Below, piece by piece: positions 1 through 21,200 of a stretch of DNA of 64,000 bases. The position numbers and the translations under genes were made by a program. How positions within the stretch are numbered: the first letter of the stretch is position 1; every line of letters begins with the position of its first letter. Under the pieces are notes generated by a model. That model had not been told where the DNA came from, searched no databases, and saw only the letters and a list, made by a program, of their open reading frames with translations. The DNA is from the human T2T-CHM13v2.0 reference genome, Homo sapiens: assembly GCF_009914755.1 (NCBI RefSeq), contig NC_060948.1; one strand, written 5' to 3'.

Positions 1-292
1 TTTTTTTTTAGACAGAATCTTGTCCTGTTGCACAGGGTGGGGTACAATGGCGCCATCTTTGCTCACTGCAACTTCTGCCTCACGGGTCCAAGCGATTGTC
101 CTCCCTCAGCCTCCCAGGTAGCTGGGACTACACCACACTGGGACTACACCAGATGCCACCATGCCTAGCTAATTTTTTGGATTTTTAGTAGTGACAGCGT
201 TTCACTGTATTGGCCAGGATGGTCTTGATCTCTTCACCTTGTGATCCCCTTGCCTTGGCCTCCAAATTTGCTGGGATTACAGGCCTGAGCCA
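1..292 (-). mobile_element. Alu element (AluY-like, slightly 5'-truncated) within DYZ2 unit 1
   Basis: Poly(T) is followed by reverse-complement Alu motifs GCTCACTGCAAC, CTCAGCCTCCCA.GTAGCTGGGACTACA, ATTTTTAGTAG and GCTGGGATTACAGGC.TGAGCCA. GGCCAGGATGGTC and ACCTTGTGATCC (lacking the extra AG of AluSx/Sq) fit the Y/Sc lineage. Confidence 0.93.
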
Positions 293-860
293 AGATCCAT
301 ATTTTTTAAATGAAAAAAAATTTCAAAGGTACTCTGCTTGGTACAATAATCAAATGTATAAACTGAGGAATAAAACATAACCATGAAACCTACTTATAAC
401 TGCATATGGAAAATACAGAGGATAATTTTTTAAATAACATATTTTGAAAGCCTTAACTAGTAATTTGAAGAGTTGGCATTTGAAAGGCCAGTATGAATAT
501 ACCTTCAAAGCAGCAACACATGTTCCCCATGAGAAAAAGCAAACACAGGGAAAATAAAAACACAAAGGTTCAATCTCTTCTGACCTTTGAAAGACACAGC
601 ACAGACAGTGGTCCTTAGGACGAAGAGCAGGAGACCCCTAATTCCGTCACCATGGCGATAGGGCATAAACATTGCTGGGTGAGGGCACAATCCACATTGT
701 GAGGTCCAACTGCTGCCAGGAAGACAGGAGTGCTTTTACATAGACCGAAAGGTCATTGAAGGCTCAGAGTTTTCTTTCAAGAACTGAATCCCAAGCCCAC
801 ACGTTATTAGGCTGCGCTTCTTAAAACAAGTTATGAGATGGGAAAAAGGGCACCCACAAA
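293..860. repeat. HSATI segment of DYZ2 unit 1
   Basis: A moderately complex ~570 bp segment between the Alu and the AT-rich tract, repeated in each unit. The HSATI name comes from known DYZ2 architecture; boundaries are approximate. Confidence 0.8.
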
Positions 861-2712
<1,852 letters not shown>

Positions 2713-3280
2713 AGATCCATATTTTTTAAATGAAAAAAAATTTCAAAGGTACTCTGCTTGGTACAATAATCAAATGTATAAACTGAGGAATAAAACATAA
2801 CCATGAAACCTACTTATAACTGCATATGGAAAATACAGAGGATAATTTTTTAAATACCATATTTTGAAAGCCTTAACTAGTAATTTGAAGAGTTGGCATT
2901 TGAAAGGCCAGTATGAATATTCCTTCAGAGCAGCAACACAGGTTCCCCATGAGAAAACGCAAACTCAGAGAAAATGAAACCACAAAGGTTCAATCTCTTC
3001 TGACCTTTGAAAGACACAGCACAGACAGTGGTCCTTAGGACGAAGAGCAGGAGACCCCTAATTCCGTCACCATGGCGATAGGGCATAAACATTGCTGGGT
3101 GAGGGCACAATCCACATTGTGAGGTCCAACTGCTGCCAGGAAGACAGGAGTGCTTTTAGATAGACCGAAAGGTCATTGAAGGCTCAGAGTTTTGTTTCAA
3201 GAACTGAATCCCAAGCCCACACGTTATTAGGCTGCGCTTCTTAAAACAAGTTATGAGATGGGAAAAAGGGCACCCACAAA
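2713..3280. repeat. HSATI segment of DYZ2 unit 2
   Basis: Near-identical to 293-860. Confidence 0.8.
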
Positions 3281-4539
3281 CATACGTATACATTATGTAT
3301 ATAATAATATACAGTATCATATATATAATATATATAACCTGTATATAATATTGTTTTACATCCTGCATCTTATATTATATATATTGTGTAAAATATAATA
3401 ATTGATAATATATAAGTTTTATATTTATACAATATGACATATAGTATATATTATAATTTATGACATATATAATATATGTTATATATAATATATAGAATAT
3501 ATTATACGGTTAATATACGTATTAAATATAAATTATACATTATATATATTATATATAATATATCTGTTATATATAATACCCATTATACATAATATATATA
3601 TTATGTCTATGTTTTATATAGTATAAACCAACATATAATAATATATAATTGTATATATAAAATGTGACATATAATATATATTATATTTTATGACATATGT
3701 AACATGTATTATATATTATATATATTACGTTGTATGTATAATACCTATATTAAATATATATTATATGACGATGTTATTAATTACATGTCACATATGTTAT
3801 ATATTATATATTTTACATGGAATATACCGGTTACATATAATATATACTATGTTACCTATAATGTATAATTTATTACATGTAATATAATGAATGTCATATA
3901 TTATATATAATTTATAATATACAATATGTGGAATGTGATATATATAACATATATGATATATGATATAAAGTATATGATATATAACATACAATATATGATA
4001 CGTAATATATATGGTATACAATATATATTTTATGATATGTATTCTATATGTTTTATATTCTGTTATATATAACTATTTGAAATTATATATAACTGTATAA
4101 TATTTTATGTAAATATGTAATATAATATATATAACTATATAATATATTATATATAACTATATTTTATGTTATATATACTTTTATAACATAATTTACATAA
4201 AATATAATAATATAAAATATATTATATTATTTCATATTACATAATATATATTCAATATCACCCAATATAAGTAACATACATACTATTAAAATATAGATTA
4301 TATTATGTTATATTAAATATCATATATATCATGTATCATATATTCTATAATATATATTATGCATTATATAATATGCATGTTGTCTATTATGTGATATATA
4401 TAACTATATATATAATTGTATTATTATACATATAACTATATAAACATGTAATTCTATATATTTTCATTTATAATATATAGAATTATATAATCATAATTAT
4501 TTATATTCTATAAAAAATTATATCATTATATAAATTATA

Positions 4540-4541
<2 letters not shown>
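3281..4541. repeat. AT-rich segment of DYZ2 unit 2, 3'-truncated
   Basis: Colinear with 861-2130 and then interrupted after ...TATCATTATATAAATTATAAT. Confidence 0.85.
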
Positions 4542-10278
<5,737 letters not shown>

Positions 10279-10495
10279 TGGACTCCTTTGGAATGGTCTA
10301 GTATGCAATGCAATCGACTGGCAGGGAATTAAAAGGAATGCAATCGAATGGATTGCACAGGAATGCAATGGACTCGAATAGATTGGAAACAGAATGCAAA
10401 GGAATGGAATGGAATAGTATGGAATGGAATGGAAAGGAATGGAGTGGAATAGACTAGAGTAGAATGGAATTTACTCGAAAGCAATGGACTGGAAT

Positions 10496-10510
10496 AGAAC
10501 TTTCTTGAAT
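10496..10510. promoter_or_regulatory. Heat-shock element consensus match A (recurs per DYZ1 unit)
   Basis: aGAActTTCttGAAt = nGAAnnTTCnnGAAn. Motif match only; binding is not shown. Confidence 0.55.
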
Positions 10511-11973
10511 GGGCTGGAATCAAACGGAATGGAATGCTGTGCAATCAAATAGAATGAAAGAGAATCAAATCCAATCGAATGGATTGGAAAGGAATTGACT
10601 GAAATGGAATGGACTAGAATGGAAGGCAAAGGAATGGAATCTATAGGAATGGACTGTAATGGAATGGAATGGAAGGGATTGGAATGGAATCGAATGGAAT
10701 GGACTGCAATAGAAAGGATTCGAATGGAATGAAAAAGAATTGAATGGAATAGAACAGAATGGAATCAAATCGAATGAAATGGAATGGAATAGAAAGGATT
10801 CGAATGGAATGCAATCGAACGGAATGGAATCGAACGGAATGGAATAAAATGGAAGAAAACTGGCAAGAAATGGAATCGAAATGAATGGAGTGTTATGGAA
10901 CGGACTCAAAAGGAATTGAATGTAATAGAATGGAGTGGAGTGGACTCGAATATAATGGACTGGAATGGAATGAAATCACATGGAATGGGAACGAATGGAA
11001 TGGAATGGAAAGGAATGGAATCGAATGGAAAGGAATCGAATGGAAGGGAATGCAATTGAATCAACAGGAATGGAAGGGAATAGAATAGACGGTAATGGAA
11101 TGGACTCGAATAGAATGGACACGAATGCTCAAATTGAATGGACTCGAATGGAATGGAAACGAAAGGAATGTCATCGAATGTAATTGAATTGATTGGAATG
11201 AAATCGCATAGAATGGAGTGGAATCAAATGGAATTGAGTCGAAAGGAAAGGAAGCGAATGGACTGAAATGAAATGGAATGGAATTGAATGGAAAGTAATG
11301 CAATGGAATAGAATGGAACGAAATTTCAAGGAATGGAATCAAACTGAATGGAATCAAATCAATGGAATCAAATCAAATGGAATGGAAAGGAATTGAATGG
11401 AGTAGATGGGATTGGATGGGATTGGAATGAAATGTACTGGAAAGAACTCGAATTTCATGAAACGGAATGGAATGAATTGGAACGGAATGGACTCGAATGG
11501 AATGGAATGTCATGGAATGGCATCAAATGGAATGGCATCAAATGGAATGGAATCGAATGCAATGGAATGCTATGGAATGGAATGGAATGCATTGGAATGG
11601 AATGTCCTCTAATGGAATGGATTCGAGTGGAATGGAATCGAATATAATGGAGTCGAATGAAATGGAATTGAAAGGAATGGTACCGAATACAATGGAATAT
11701 ACAGGAATGTAATGTAATGAACTCGAATGTAATTGACTGCAATGGAATGTACATGAATGGAATGTAATCGAATGGAAAGTAATCCAATGGAATAGAATCT
11801 AATGCAATAAAATCGACTCAAATAGAATAGAATGTAATGGAATGGAGTGCAGTGCAATGGAATGGAATGGAATGGAATGCAGTGGAATGGAATGGAATGG
11901 AATGCAATGGAATGGAATGTATTAGAATGTAATGAACATTAATGGAATGTACTCGAATGGATTCGACTGGAAT

Positions 11974-11988
11974 GGAATGTTCTGGAAG
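11974..11988. promoter_or_regulatory. Heat-shock element consensus match B (recurs per DYZ1 unit)
   Basis: gGAAtgTTCtgGAAg = nGAAnnTTCnnGAAn. Motif match only. Confidence 0.55.
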
Positions 11989-12253
11989 TTTATGGACTCC
12001 AATGGAATAGATTCGAAAGGAATGGAATCGAACGGAATGGAATCTAATGGAATGGAATTAAATGGAAATGAATCAAATTGAATAGCACGGAATTGAATTG
12101 AATGGAATAGAATGCAATGTAATCTAATGAAACAGAAAGGAAAGGAATGGAATGGAATGGAATGGGCTGGAATGGAATGGAATCGAAACGAATGGAATGG
12201 AATCGAACTAAAGAGACTGGAATGGAATGCACTGGAATGGAAGGGAGTGTAAT

Positions 12254-12268
12254 GGAAGGTTCTCGAAA
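12254..12268. promoter_or_regulatory. Heat-shock element consensus match C (recurs per DYZ1 unit)
   Basis: gGAAggTTCtcGAAa = nGAAnnTTCnnGAAn. Motif match only. Confidence 0.55.
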
Positions 12269-15200
12269 AAAATGGAATCGAATGGAATGGAATTGAATGG
12301 AACGGAATAGAGTCGAATGGAATTGAATGGAATGGAATGGACTAGAGTGAAATGGAATCGAACCACAAGGAATGGACAGGAATAGAATGGTCTCGAATTG
12401 AATGGAATCGTATGGAATGGCATCAAACGGAATGGAATGGACAGCCACGGAATGGAATGCACTCGAATGCAATGGAGTCGAAACTAATGGACTGGAATAG
12501 AATGGACTCGACTGGTACGGACTCCAATGGAATGGAATCGAATGGAAGGGAATCGAACGGAATGGACTCGAAGGGAAAAGACTGCAATGGAAAGGTCTCG
12601 AATGGAATGGAAATTAATGGAATGGAATGGAATCGAATGAAGTGGAGTCAAAAGGAATGGAATCGAATGGCAAGAAATCGAATGTAATGGAATCGCAAGG
12701 AATTGATGTGAACGGAACGGAATGGAATGGAATCCAAAGGAATGGAATAGAATGGAATGGAATCAAATGGAAAGGACTCGAATGGAAATCACTCGAATAG
12801 AATGCAATTTAATAAAATAGGATCAAATGTAATGGAATGGAATGGAAAGGAATCGAAACGAAAGGAATGGAGACAGATGGAATGGAATGGAACAGAGAGC
12901 AATGGTATAGAATGGAATGGAATCATCTGGAATGGAATTGAATGGAATGCAATAACATGAAATGGAATGGAATGGAATGGAATGCCCTTGAATTAAATGG
13001 ACTGGAATGGAATGAACTCGAACAGAGTGTAATGGAAAGTGTTGAAATAGAATGGAATGGACTCGTTTGGAATGGTCTAGTATGCAATGCAATCGACTGG
13101 CAGGGAATCAAAAGGAATGTAATCGAATGGATTGGACTGGAATGCAATGGACTTGAATAGATTGGAAACGGAATGCAAAGGAATGGAATGGAATAGTATG
13201 GAATGGAATGGAAAGGAATGGAGTGGAATAGACTAGAGTGGAATGGAATGGACTCAAAAGCAATGGACTGGAGTGGAACTTTCTTGAATGGACTGGAATC
13301 AAACGGAATGGAATGCAATGCAATCAAATGGCATGGAATAAAATAGAATGAAAGAGAATCAAATGGAATTGAATGGAATGGAATCGAATGGATTGGAAAG
13401 GAATAGAATGGAATGGAATGGAATTGACTCAAATGGAATGGACTAGAATGGAATGGATTCGAATGGAAGGCAAAGGAATGTAATCTATTGGAATGGACTG
13501 TAATGGAATGGAATGGAAGGGATTGGAATGGACTCGAATTGAATGGACTGCAATAGAAAGGATTCGAATGGAATGAAAAAGAATTGAATGGAATAGAACA
13601 GAATGGAATCAAATCGAATGAAATGGAATGGAATAAAAGGAATGGAATGAAATGGAATGGAAAGGATTCGAATGGAATGCAATCGAATGGAATGGAATCG
13701 AACGGAATGGAATAAAATGGAGGAAAATTGGCAAGAAATGGAATCGAAATGAATGGAGTGTTATGGAACGGACTCAAAAGGAATTGAATGTAATAGAAAT
13801 GAGTGGAGTGGACTCGAATATAATGGACTGGAATGGAATGAAATCACATGGAATGGGAACGAATGGAATGGAATGGAAAGGAATGGAATCGAATGGAAAG
13901 GAATGGAATGGAAGGGAATGAAACTGAATCAACAGGAATGGAAGGGAGTAGAATAGACGGTAATGGAATGGACTCGAATAGAATTGACACGAATGCACAA
14001 ATTGAATGGACTCGAATGGAATGGAAACGAAAGGAATGTCATAGAATGGAATTGAATCGATTGGAATGAAATCGCATAGAATGGAGTGGAATCAAATGGA
14101 ATTGAATCGAAAGGAAAGGAAGCGAATGGACTGAAGTGGAATGGAATGGAATGGAAAGTAATGCAATGGAATAGAATGGAACGAAATTTCACGGAATGGA
14201 ATCAAACTGAATGGAATCAAATCAATGGAATCTAATCAAATGGAATGGAAAGGAATTGAATGGAGTAGATTGGATTGGATGGGATTGGAATGAAATGGAA
14301 TGGAAAGGACTCGAATTTCATGAAAAGGAATGGAATGAATTGGAACGGAATGGACTCGAATGGAATGGAATGTCATGGAATTGCATCAAATGGAATGGCA
14401 TCAAAGGGAATGGAATCGAATGCAATGGAATGCTATGGAATGGAATGGAATGCATTGGAATGGAATGTCCTCTAATGGAATGGATTCGAGTGGAATGGAA
14501 TCGAATATAATGGAGTCGAATGAAATGGAATTGAAAGGAATGGGATCGAATACAATGGAATATACTGGAATGTAACGTAATGAACTCGAATGTAATTGAC
14601 TGGAATGGAATGTACACGAATGGAATGTAATCGAATGGAAAGTAATCCAATGGAATAGAATCTAATGCAATAAAATCGACTCAAATAGAATAGAATGCAA
14701 TGGAATGGAGTGCAGTGCAATGGAATGGGATGGAATGGAATGCAATGGAATGGAATGGAATGGAATGGAATGCAATGGGATGGAATGGTATGGAATGGAT
14801 AGTAATGGACTGGAGTGAAATGGACTGGAAAGGAATGGACTCAAATTGAAAGGTCTCGAAAGGAATGGAGTCAAATGGAATGGTCTGGAATGGAATGAAC
14901 ACGAATGTAATGCAATCCAATAGAATGGAATCGAATGGCATGGAATATAAAGAAATGGAATCGAAGAGAATGGAAACAAATGGAATGGAATTGAATGGAA
15001 TGGAATTGAATGGAATGGGAACGAATGGAGTGAAATTGTATGCAGTAGAAGAGAATAGAATGGAATGCAAGCGAAAGGAAAGGAATGGATTGGAATGGAA
15101 TGGAATTCATTGGAATGGAAGGGAATGTAGTGTAATGGACAGGCCTGGAATAAAGTGGAATGCTACGGTCTCGAATGGAATAAAAATGTATGGAATGGAA

Positions 15201-18200
15201 TGCAATGAAACGGAATCGAATGTCATAGAATGTAATGGAAAGCAAAAAAATGGAATCCAAAATCATTGACTGGAAAGGCTGGGTGTCGAAAGGAATTGAC
15301 TCCAATGGAATGGAATCGAATGGAATGGAAGTGAATAGAATCGAACTAAATCGAATGGAATGGAATTGATAGGAACGGAATGGAAAGGAATGCAATGATT
15401 TGGCATGGAATGGAATCGAATGGCATCGAATGGAATGGAATGGAATGCAATGGAATGGAATATATTAGAATGTAATGAACTTTAATGGAATGTACTCGAA
15501 TGGATTCGACTGCAATGGAATGTTCTGGAAGTGAATGGACTCCAATGGAATGGATTCGAAAGGAATGGAATCGTACGGAATGGAATCTAATGGAATGGAA
15601 TTAAATGGAAATGAATCAAATTGAATAGCACGGAATTGAATTGAATGGAATGGAATGCAATGGAATCTAATGAAACGGAAAGGAAAGGAATGGAATGGAA
15701 TGGAATGGGCTGGAATGGAAAGGAATCGAAACGAATGGAATGGAATCGAACTGAAGAGACTGGAATGGAATGCACTGGAATGGAAGGGAGTGTAATGGAA
15801 GGTTCTCGAAAAAAATGGAATCGAATGGAATGGAATTGAATGGAACGGAATAGAGTCGAATGGAATTGAATGGAATGGAATGGACTAGAGTGAAATGGAA
15901 TCGAACCACAAGGAATGGACAGGAATAGAATGGTCTCGAATTGAATGGAATCGTATGGAATGGCATCAAACGGAATGGAATGGACAGCCACGGAATGGAA
16001 TGCACTCGAATGCAATGGAGTCGAAACTAATGGACTGGTATAGAATGGACTCGACTGGTACGGACTCCAATGGAATGGAATCGAATGGAAGGGAATCGAA
16101 CGGAATGGACTTGAAGGGAAAAGACTGCAATGGAAAGGTCTCGAATGGAATGGAAATTAATGGAATGGAATGGAATCGAATGAAGTGGAGTCAAAAGGAA
16201 TGGAATCGAATGGCAAGAAATCGAATGTAATGGAATCGCAAGGAATTGATGTGAACGGAACGGAATGGAATGGAATCCAAAGGAATGGAATAGAATGGAA
16301 TGGAATCGAATGGAAAGGACTCGAATGGAAATCACTCGAATAGAATGCAATTTAATAAAATAGGATCAAATGTAATGGAATGGAATGGAAAGGAATCGAA
16401 ACGAAAGGAATGGAGACAGATGGAATGGAATGGAACAGAGAGCAATGGTATAGAATGGAATGGAATCATCTGGAATGGAATTGAATGGAATGGAATAACA
16501 TGAAATGGAATGGAATGGAATGGAATGCCCTTGAATTAAATGGACTGGAATGGAATGGACTCGAACAGAGTGGAATGGAAAGTGTTGAGATAGAATGGAA
16601 CGGACTCCTTTGGAATGGTGTAGTATGCAATGCAATCGACTGGCAGGGAATCAAAAGGAATGTAATCGAATGGATTGGACTGGAATGCAATGGATTCGAA
16701 TAGATTGGAAACGGAATGCAAAGGAATGGAATGGAATAGTATGGAATGGAATGGAAAGGAATGGAGTGGAATAGACTAGAGTGGAATGGAATGGACTGGA
16801 AAGCAATGGACTGGAATGGAACTTTCTTGAATGGACTGGAATCAAACGGAATGGAATGCAATGCAATCAAATGGCATGGAATAAAATAGAATGAAAGAGA
16901 ATCAAACGGAATTGAATCGAATGGAATCGAATGGATTGGAAAGGAATAGAATGGAATGGAATGGAATTGACTCAAATGGAATGGACTAGAATGGAATGGA
17001 TTCGAATGGAAGGCAAAGGAATGGAATCTATTGGAATGGACTGTAATGGAATGGAATGGAAGGGATTGGAATGGACTCGAATGGAATGGACTGCAATAGA
17101 AAGGATTCGAATGGAATGAAAAAGAATTGAATGGAATAGAACAGAATGGAATCAAATCGAATGAAATGGAATGGAATAGAAAGGAATGGAATGAAATGGA
17201 ATGGAAAGGATTCGAATGGAATGCAATCGAATGGAATGCAATCGAATGGAATGGAATCGAATTGAATGGAATAAAATGGAAGAAAACTGGCAAGAAATGG
17301 AATCGAAATGAATGGAGTGTTATGGAACGGACTCAAAAGGAATTGAATGTAATAGAATGGAGTGGAGTGGACTCGAATATAATGGACTGGAATGGAATGA
17401 AATCACATGGAATGGGAACGAATGGAATGGAGTGGAAAGGAATGGAATCGAATGGAAAGGAATCGAATGGAAGGGAATGAAATTGAATCAACAGGAATGG
17501 AAGGGAATAGAATAGACGGTAATGGAATGGACTCGAATAGAATGGAAACGAATGCTCAAATTGAATGGACTCGAGTGGAATGGAAACGAAACGAATGTCA
17601 TCGAATGGAATTGAATCGATTGGAATGAAATCGCATAGAATGGACTGGAATAAAATGGAATTGAGTCGAAAGGAAAGGAAGCCAATGGACTGAAATGAAA
17701 TGGAATGGAATTGAATGGAAAGTAATGCAATGGAATAGAATGGAACGAAATTTCACGGAATGGAATCAAACTGAATGGAATCAAATCAATGGAATATAAT
17801 CAAATGGAATGGAAAGGAATTGAATGGAGTAGATGGGACTGGATGGGATTGGAATGAAATGTACTGGAAAGGACTCGAATTTCATGAAACGGAATGGAAT
17901 GAATTGGAACGGAATGGACTCGAATGGAATGGAATGTCATGGAATGGCATCAAATGGAATGGAATCGAATGCAATGGAATGCTATGGAATGGAATGGAAT
18001 GCATTGGAATGGAATGTCCTCTAATGGAATGGATTCGAGTGGAATGGAATCGAATATAATGGAGTCGAATGAAATGGAATTGAAAGGAATGGGATCGAAT
18101 ACAATGGAATATACTGGAATGTAACGTAATGAACTCGAATGTAATTGACTGGAATGGAATGTACATGAATGGAATGTAATCGAATGGAAAGTAATCCAAT

Positions 18201-21200
18201 GGAATAGAATCTAATGCAATAAAATCGACTCAAATAGAATAGAATGGAATGGAATGGAGTGCAGTGCAATGGAATGGAAGGGAATGGAATGCAATGGAAT
18301 GGAATGTAATGGAATGGAATGGAATGGGATGGAATGGTATGGAATGGATAGTAATGGACTGGAGTGAAATGGACTGGAAAGGAATGGACTCAAATTGAAA
18401 GGGCTCGAAAGGAATGCAGTCAAATGGAATGATCTGGAATGGAATGAACACGAATGTAATGCAATCCAATAGAATGGAATCGAATGGCATGGAATATAAA
18501 GAAATGGAATCGAAGAGAATGGAAACAAATGGAATGGAACTGAATGGAATGGAATTGAATGGAATGAGAATGAATGGAGTGAAATTGTATGCAGTAGAAG
18601 AGAATAGAATGGAATGCAAGCGAAAGGAAAGGAATGGATTGGAATGGAATGGAATTCATTGGAATGGAAGGGAATGTAGTGTAATGGACAGGCCTGGAAT
18701 AAAGTGGAATGCTACGGTCTCGAATGGAATAAAAATGTATGGAATGGAATGCAATGAAACGGAATCGAATGTCATAGAATGTAATGGAATGCAAAAAAAT
18801 GGAATCCAAAATCATTGACTGGAAAGGTTGGGTGTCGAAAGGAATTGACTCCAATGGAATGGAATCGAATGGAATGGAAGTGAATAGAATCGAACTAAAT
18901 CGAATGGAAGGGAATTGATAGGAACGGAATGGAAAGGAATGCAATGATTTGGCATGGAATGGAATCGAATGGCATCGAATGGAATGGAATGGAATGGAAT
19001 GGAATGGAATGTATTAGAATGTAATGAACTTTAATGGAATGTACTCGAATGGATTCGACTGGAATGGAATGTTCTGGAAGTGAATGGACTCCAATGGAAT
19101 GGATTCGAAAGGAATGGAATCGAACGGAATGGAATCTAATGGAATGGAATTAAATGGAAATGAATCAAATTGAATAGCACGGAACTGAATTGAATGGAAT
19201 CGAATGCAATGGAATCTAATGAAACGGAAAGGAAAGGAATGGAATGGAATGGAATGGGCTGGAATGGAATGGAATCGAAACAAATGGAATGGAATCGAAC
19301 TGAAGAGACTGGAATGGAATGCACTGGAATGGAAGGGAGTGTAATGGAAGGTTCTCGAAAAAAATGGAATCGAATGGAATGGAATTGAATGGAACGGAAT
19401 AGAGTCGAATGGAATTGAATGGAATGGAATGGACTGGAGTGAAATGGAATCGAACCACAAGGAATGGACAGGAATAGAATGGTCTCGAATTGAATGGAAT
19501 CGTATGGAATGGCATCAAACGGAATGGAATGGACGGCCACGGAATGGAATGCACTCGAATGCAATGGAGTCGAAACTAATGGACTGGAATAGAATGGACT
19601 CGACTGGTACGGACTCCAATGGAATGGAATCGAATGGAAGGGAATCGAACGTAATGGACTCGAAGGCAAAAGACTGCAATGGAAAGGTCTCGAATGGAAT
19701 GGAAATTAATGGAATGGAATGGAATCGAAAGAAATGGAGTCAAAAGGAATGGAATCGAATGGCAAGAAATCGAATGTAATGGAATCGCAAGGAATTGATG
19801 TGAACGGAACGGAATGGAATGGAATCCAAAGGAATGGAATAGAATGGAATGGAATCGAATGGAAAGGACTCGAATGGAAATCACTCGAATAGAATGCAAT
19901 TTAATAAAATAGGATCAAATGTAATGGAACGGAATGGAAAGGAATCGAAACGAAAGGAATGGAGACAGATGGAATGGAATGGAACAGAGAGCAATGGTAT
20001 AGAATGGAATGGAATCATCTGGAATGGAATTGAATGGAATGGAATAACATGAAATGGAATGGAATGGAATGGAATGCCTTTGAATCAAATGGACTGGAAT
20101 GGAATGGTCTCGAACAGAGTGGAATGGAAAGTGTTGAAATAGAATGGAATGGACTCCTTTGGAATGGTCTAGTATGCAATGCAATCGACTGGCAGGGAAT
20201 CAAAAGGAATGTAATCGAATGGATTGGACTGGAATGCAATGGACTCGAATAGATTGGAAACGGAATGCAAAGGAATGGAATGGAATAGTATGGAATGGAA
20301 TGGAAAGGAATGGAGTGGAATAGACTAGAGTGGAATGGAATGGACTCGAAAGCAATGGACTGGAATGGAACTTTCTTGAATGGACTGGAATCAAACGGAA
20401 TGGAATGCAATGCAATCAAATGGCATGGAATAAAATAGAATGAAAGAGAATCAAATGGAATTGAATCGAATGGAATCGAATGGATTGGAAAGGAATAGAA
20501 TGGAATGGAATGGAATTGACTCAAATGGAATGGACTAGAATGGAATGGATTCGAATGGAAGGCAAAGGAATGGAATCTATTGGAATGGACTGTAATGGAA
20601 TGGAATGGAAGGGATTGGAATGGACTCGAATGGAATGGACTGCAATAGAAAGGATTCGAATGGAATGAAAAAGAATTGAATGGAATAGAACAGAATGGAA
20701 TCAAATCGAATGAAATGGAATGGAATAGAAAGGAATGGAATGAAATGGAATGGAAAGGATTCGAATGGAATGCAATCGAATGGAATGGAATCGAACGGAA
20801 TGGAATAAAATGGAAGAAAACTGGCAAGAAATGGAATCGAAATGAATGGAGTGTTATGGATCGGACTCAAAAGGAATTGAATGTAATAGAATGGAGTGGA
20901 GTGGACTCGAATATAATGGACTGGAATGGAATGAAATCACATGGAATGGGAACGAATGGAATGGAATGGAAAGGAATGGAATCGAATGGAAAGGAATCGA
21001 ATGGAAGGGAATGAAATTGAATCAACAGGAATGGAAGGGAGTAGAATAGACGGTAATGGAATGGACTCGAATAGAATGGACACGAATGCTCAAATTGAAT
21101 GGACTCGAATGGAATGGAAACGAAAGGAATGTCATCGAATGGAATTGAATCGGTTGGAATGAAATCGCATAGAATGGAGTGGAATCAAATGGAATTGAAT

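Noticed and set aside
12805-12820. AATAAA hexamers recurring in each DYZ1 unit
   Set aside because: They are easily generated from GGAAT variants, and there is no downstream GU/U-rich element or transcript evidence in the sequence.
14225-14240. DUX4-like motif GAATCTAATCA (also ~63794) and AAATTGAATCA
   Set aside because: Both mismatch the TAA start of the consensus and are expected by chance from pentamer variants.
13061-16603. Possible half-unit (~1.8 kb) substructure inside DYZ1
   Set aside because: Similar short motifs recur at inconsistent spacings (~900, ~1565, ~1606 bp), so it cannot be supported without a dot plot.
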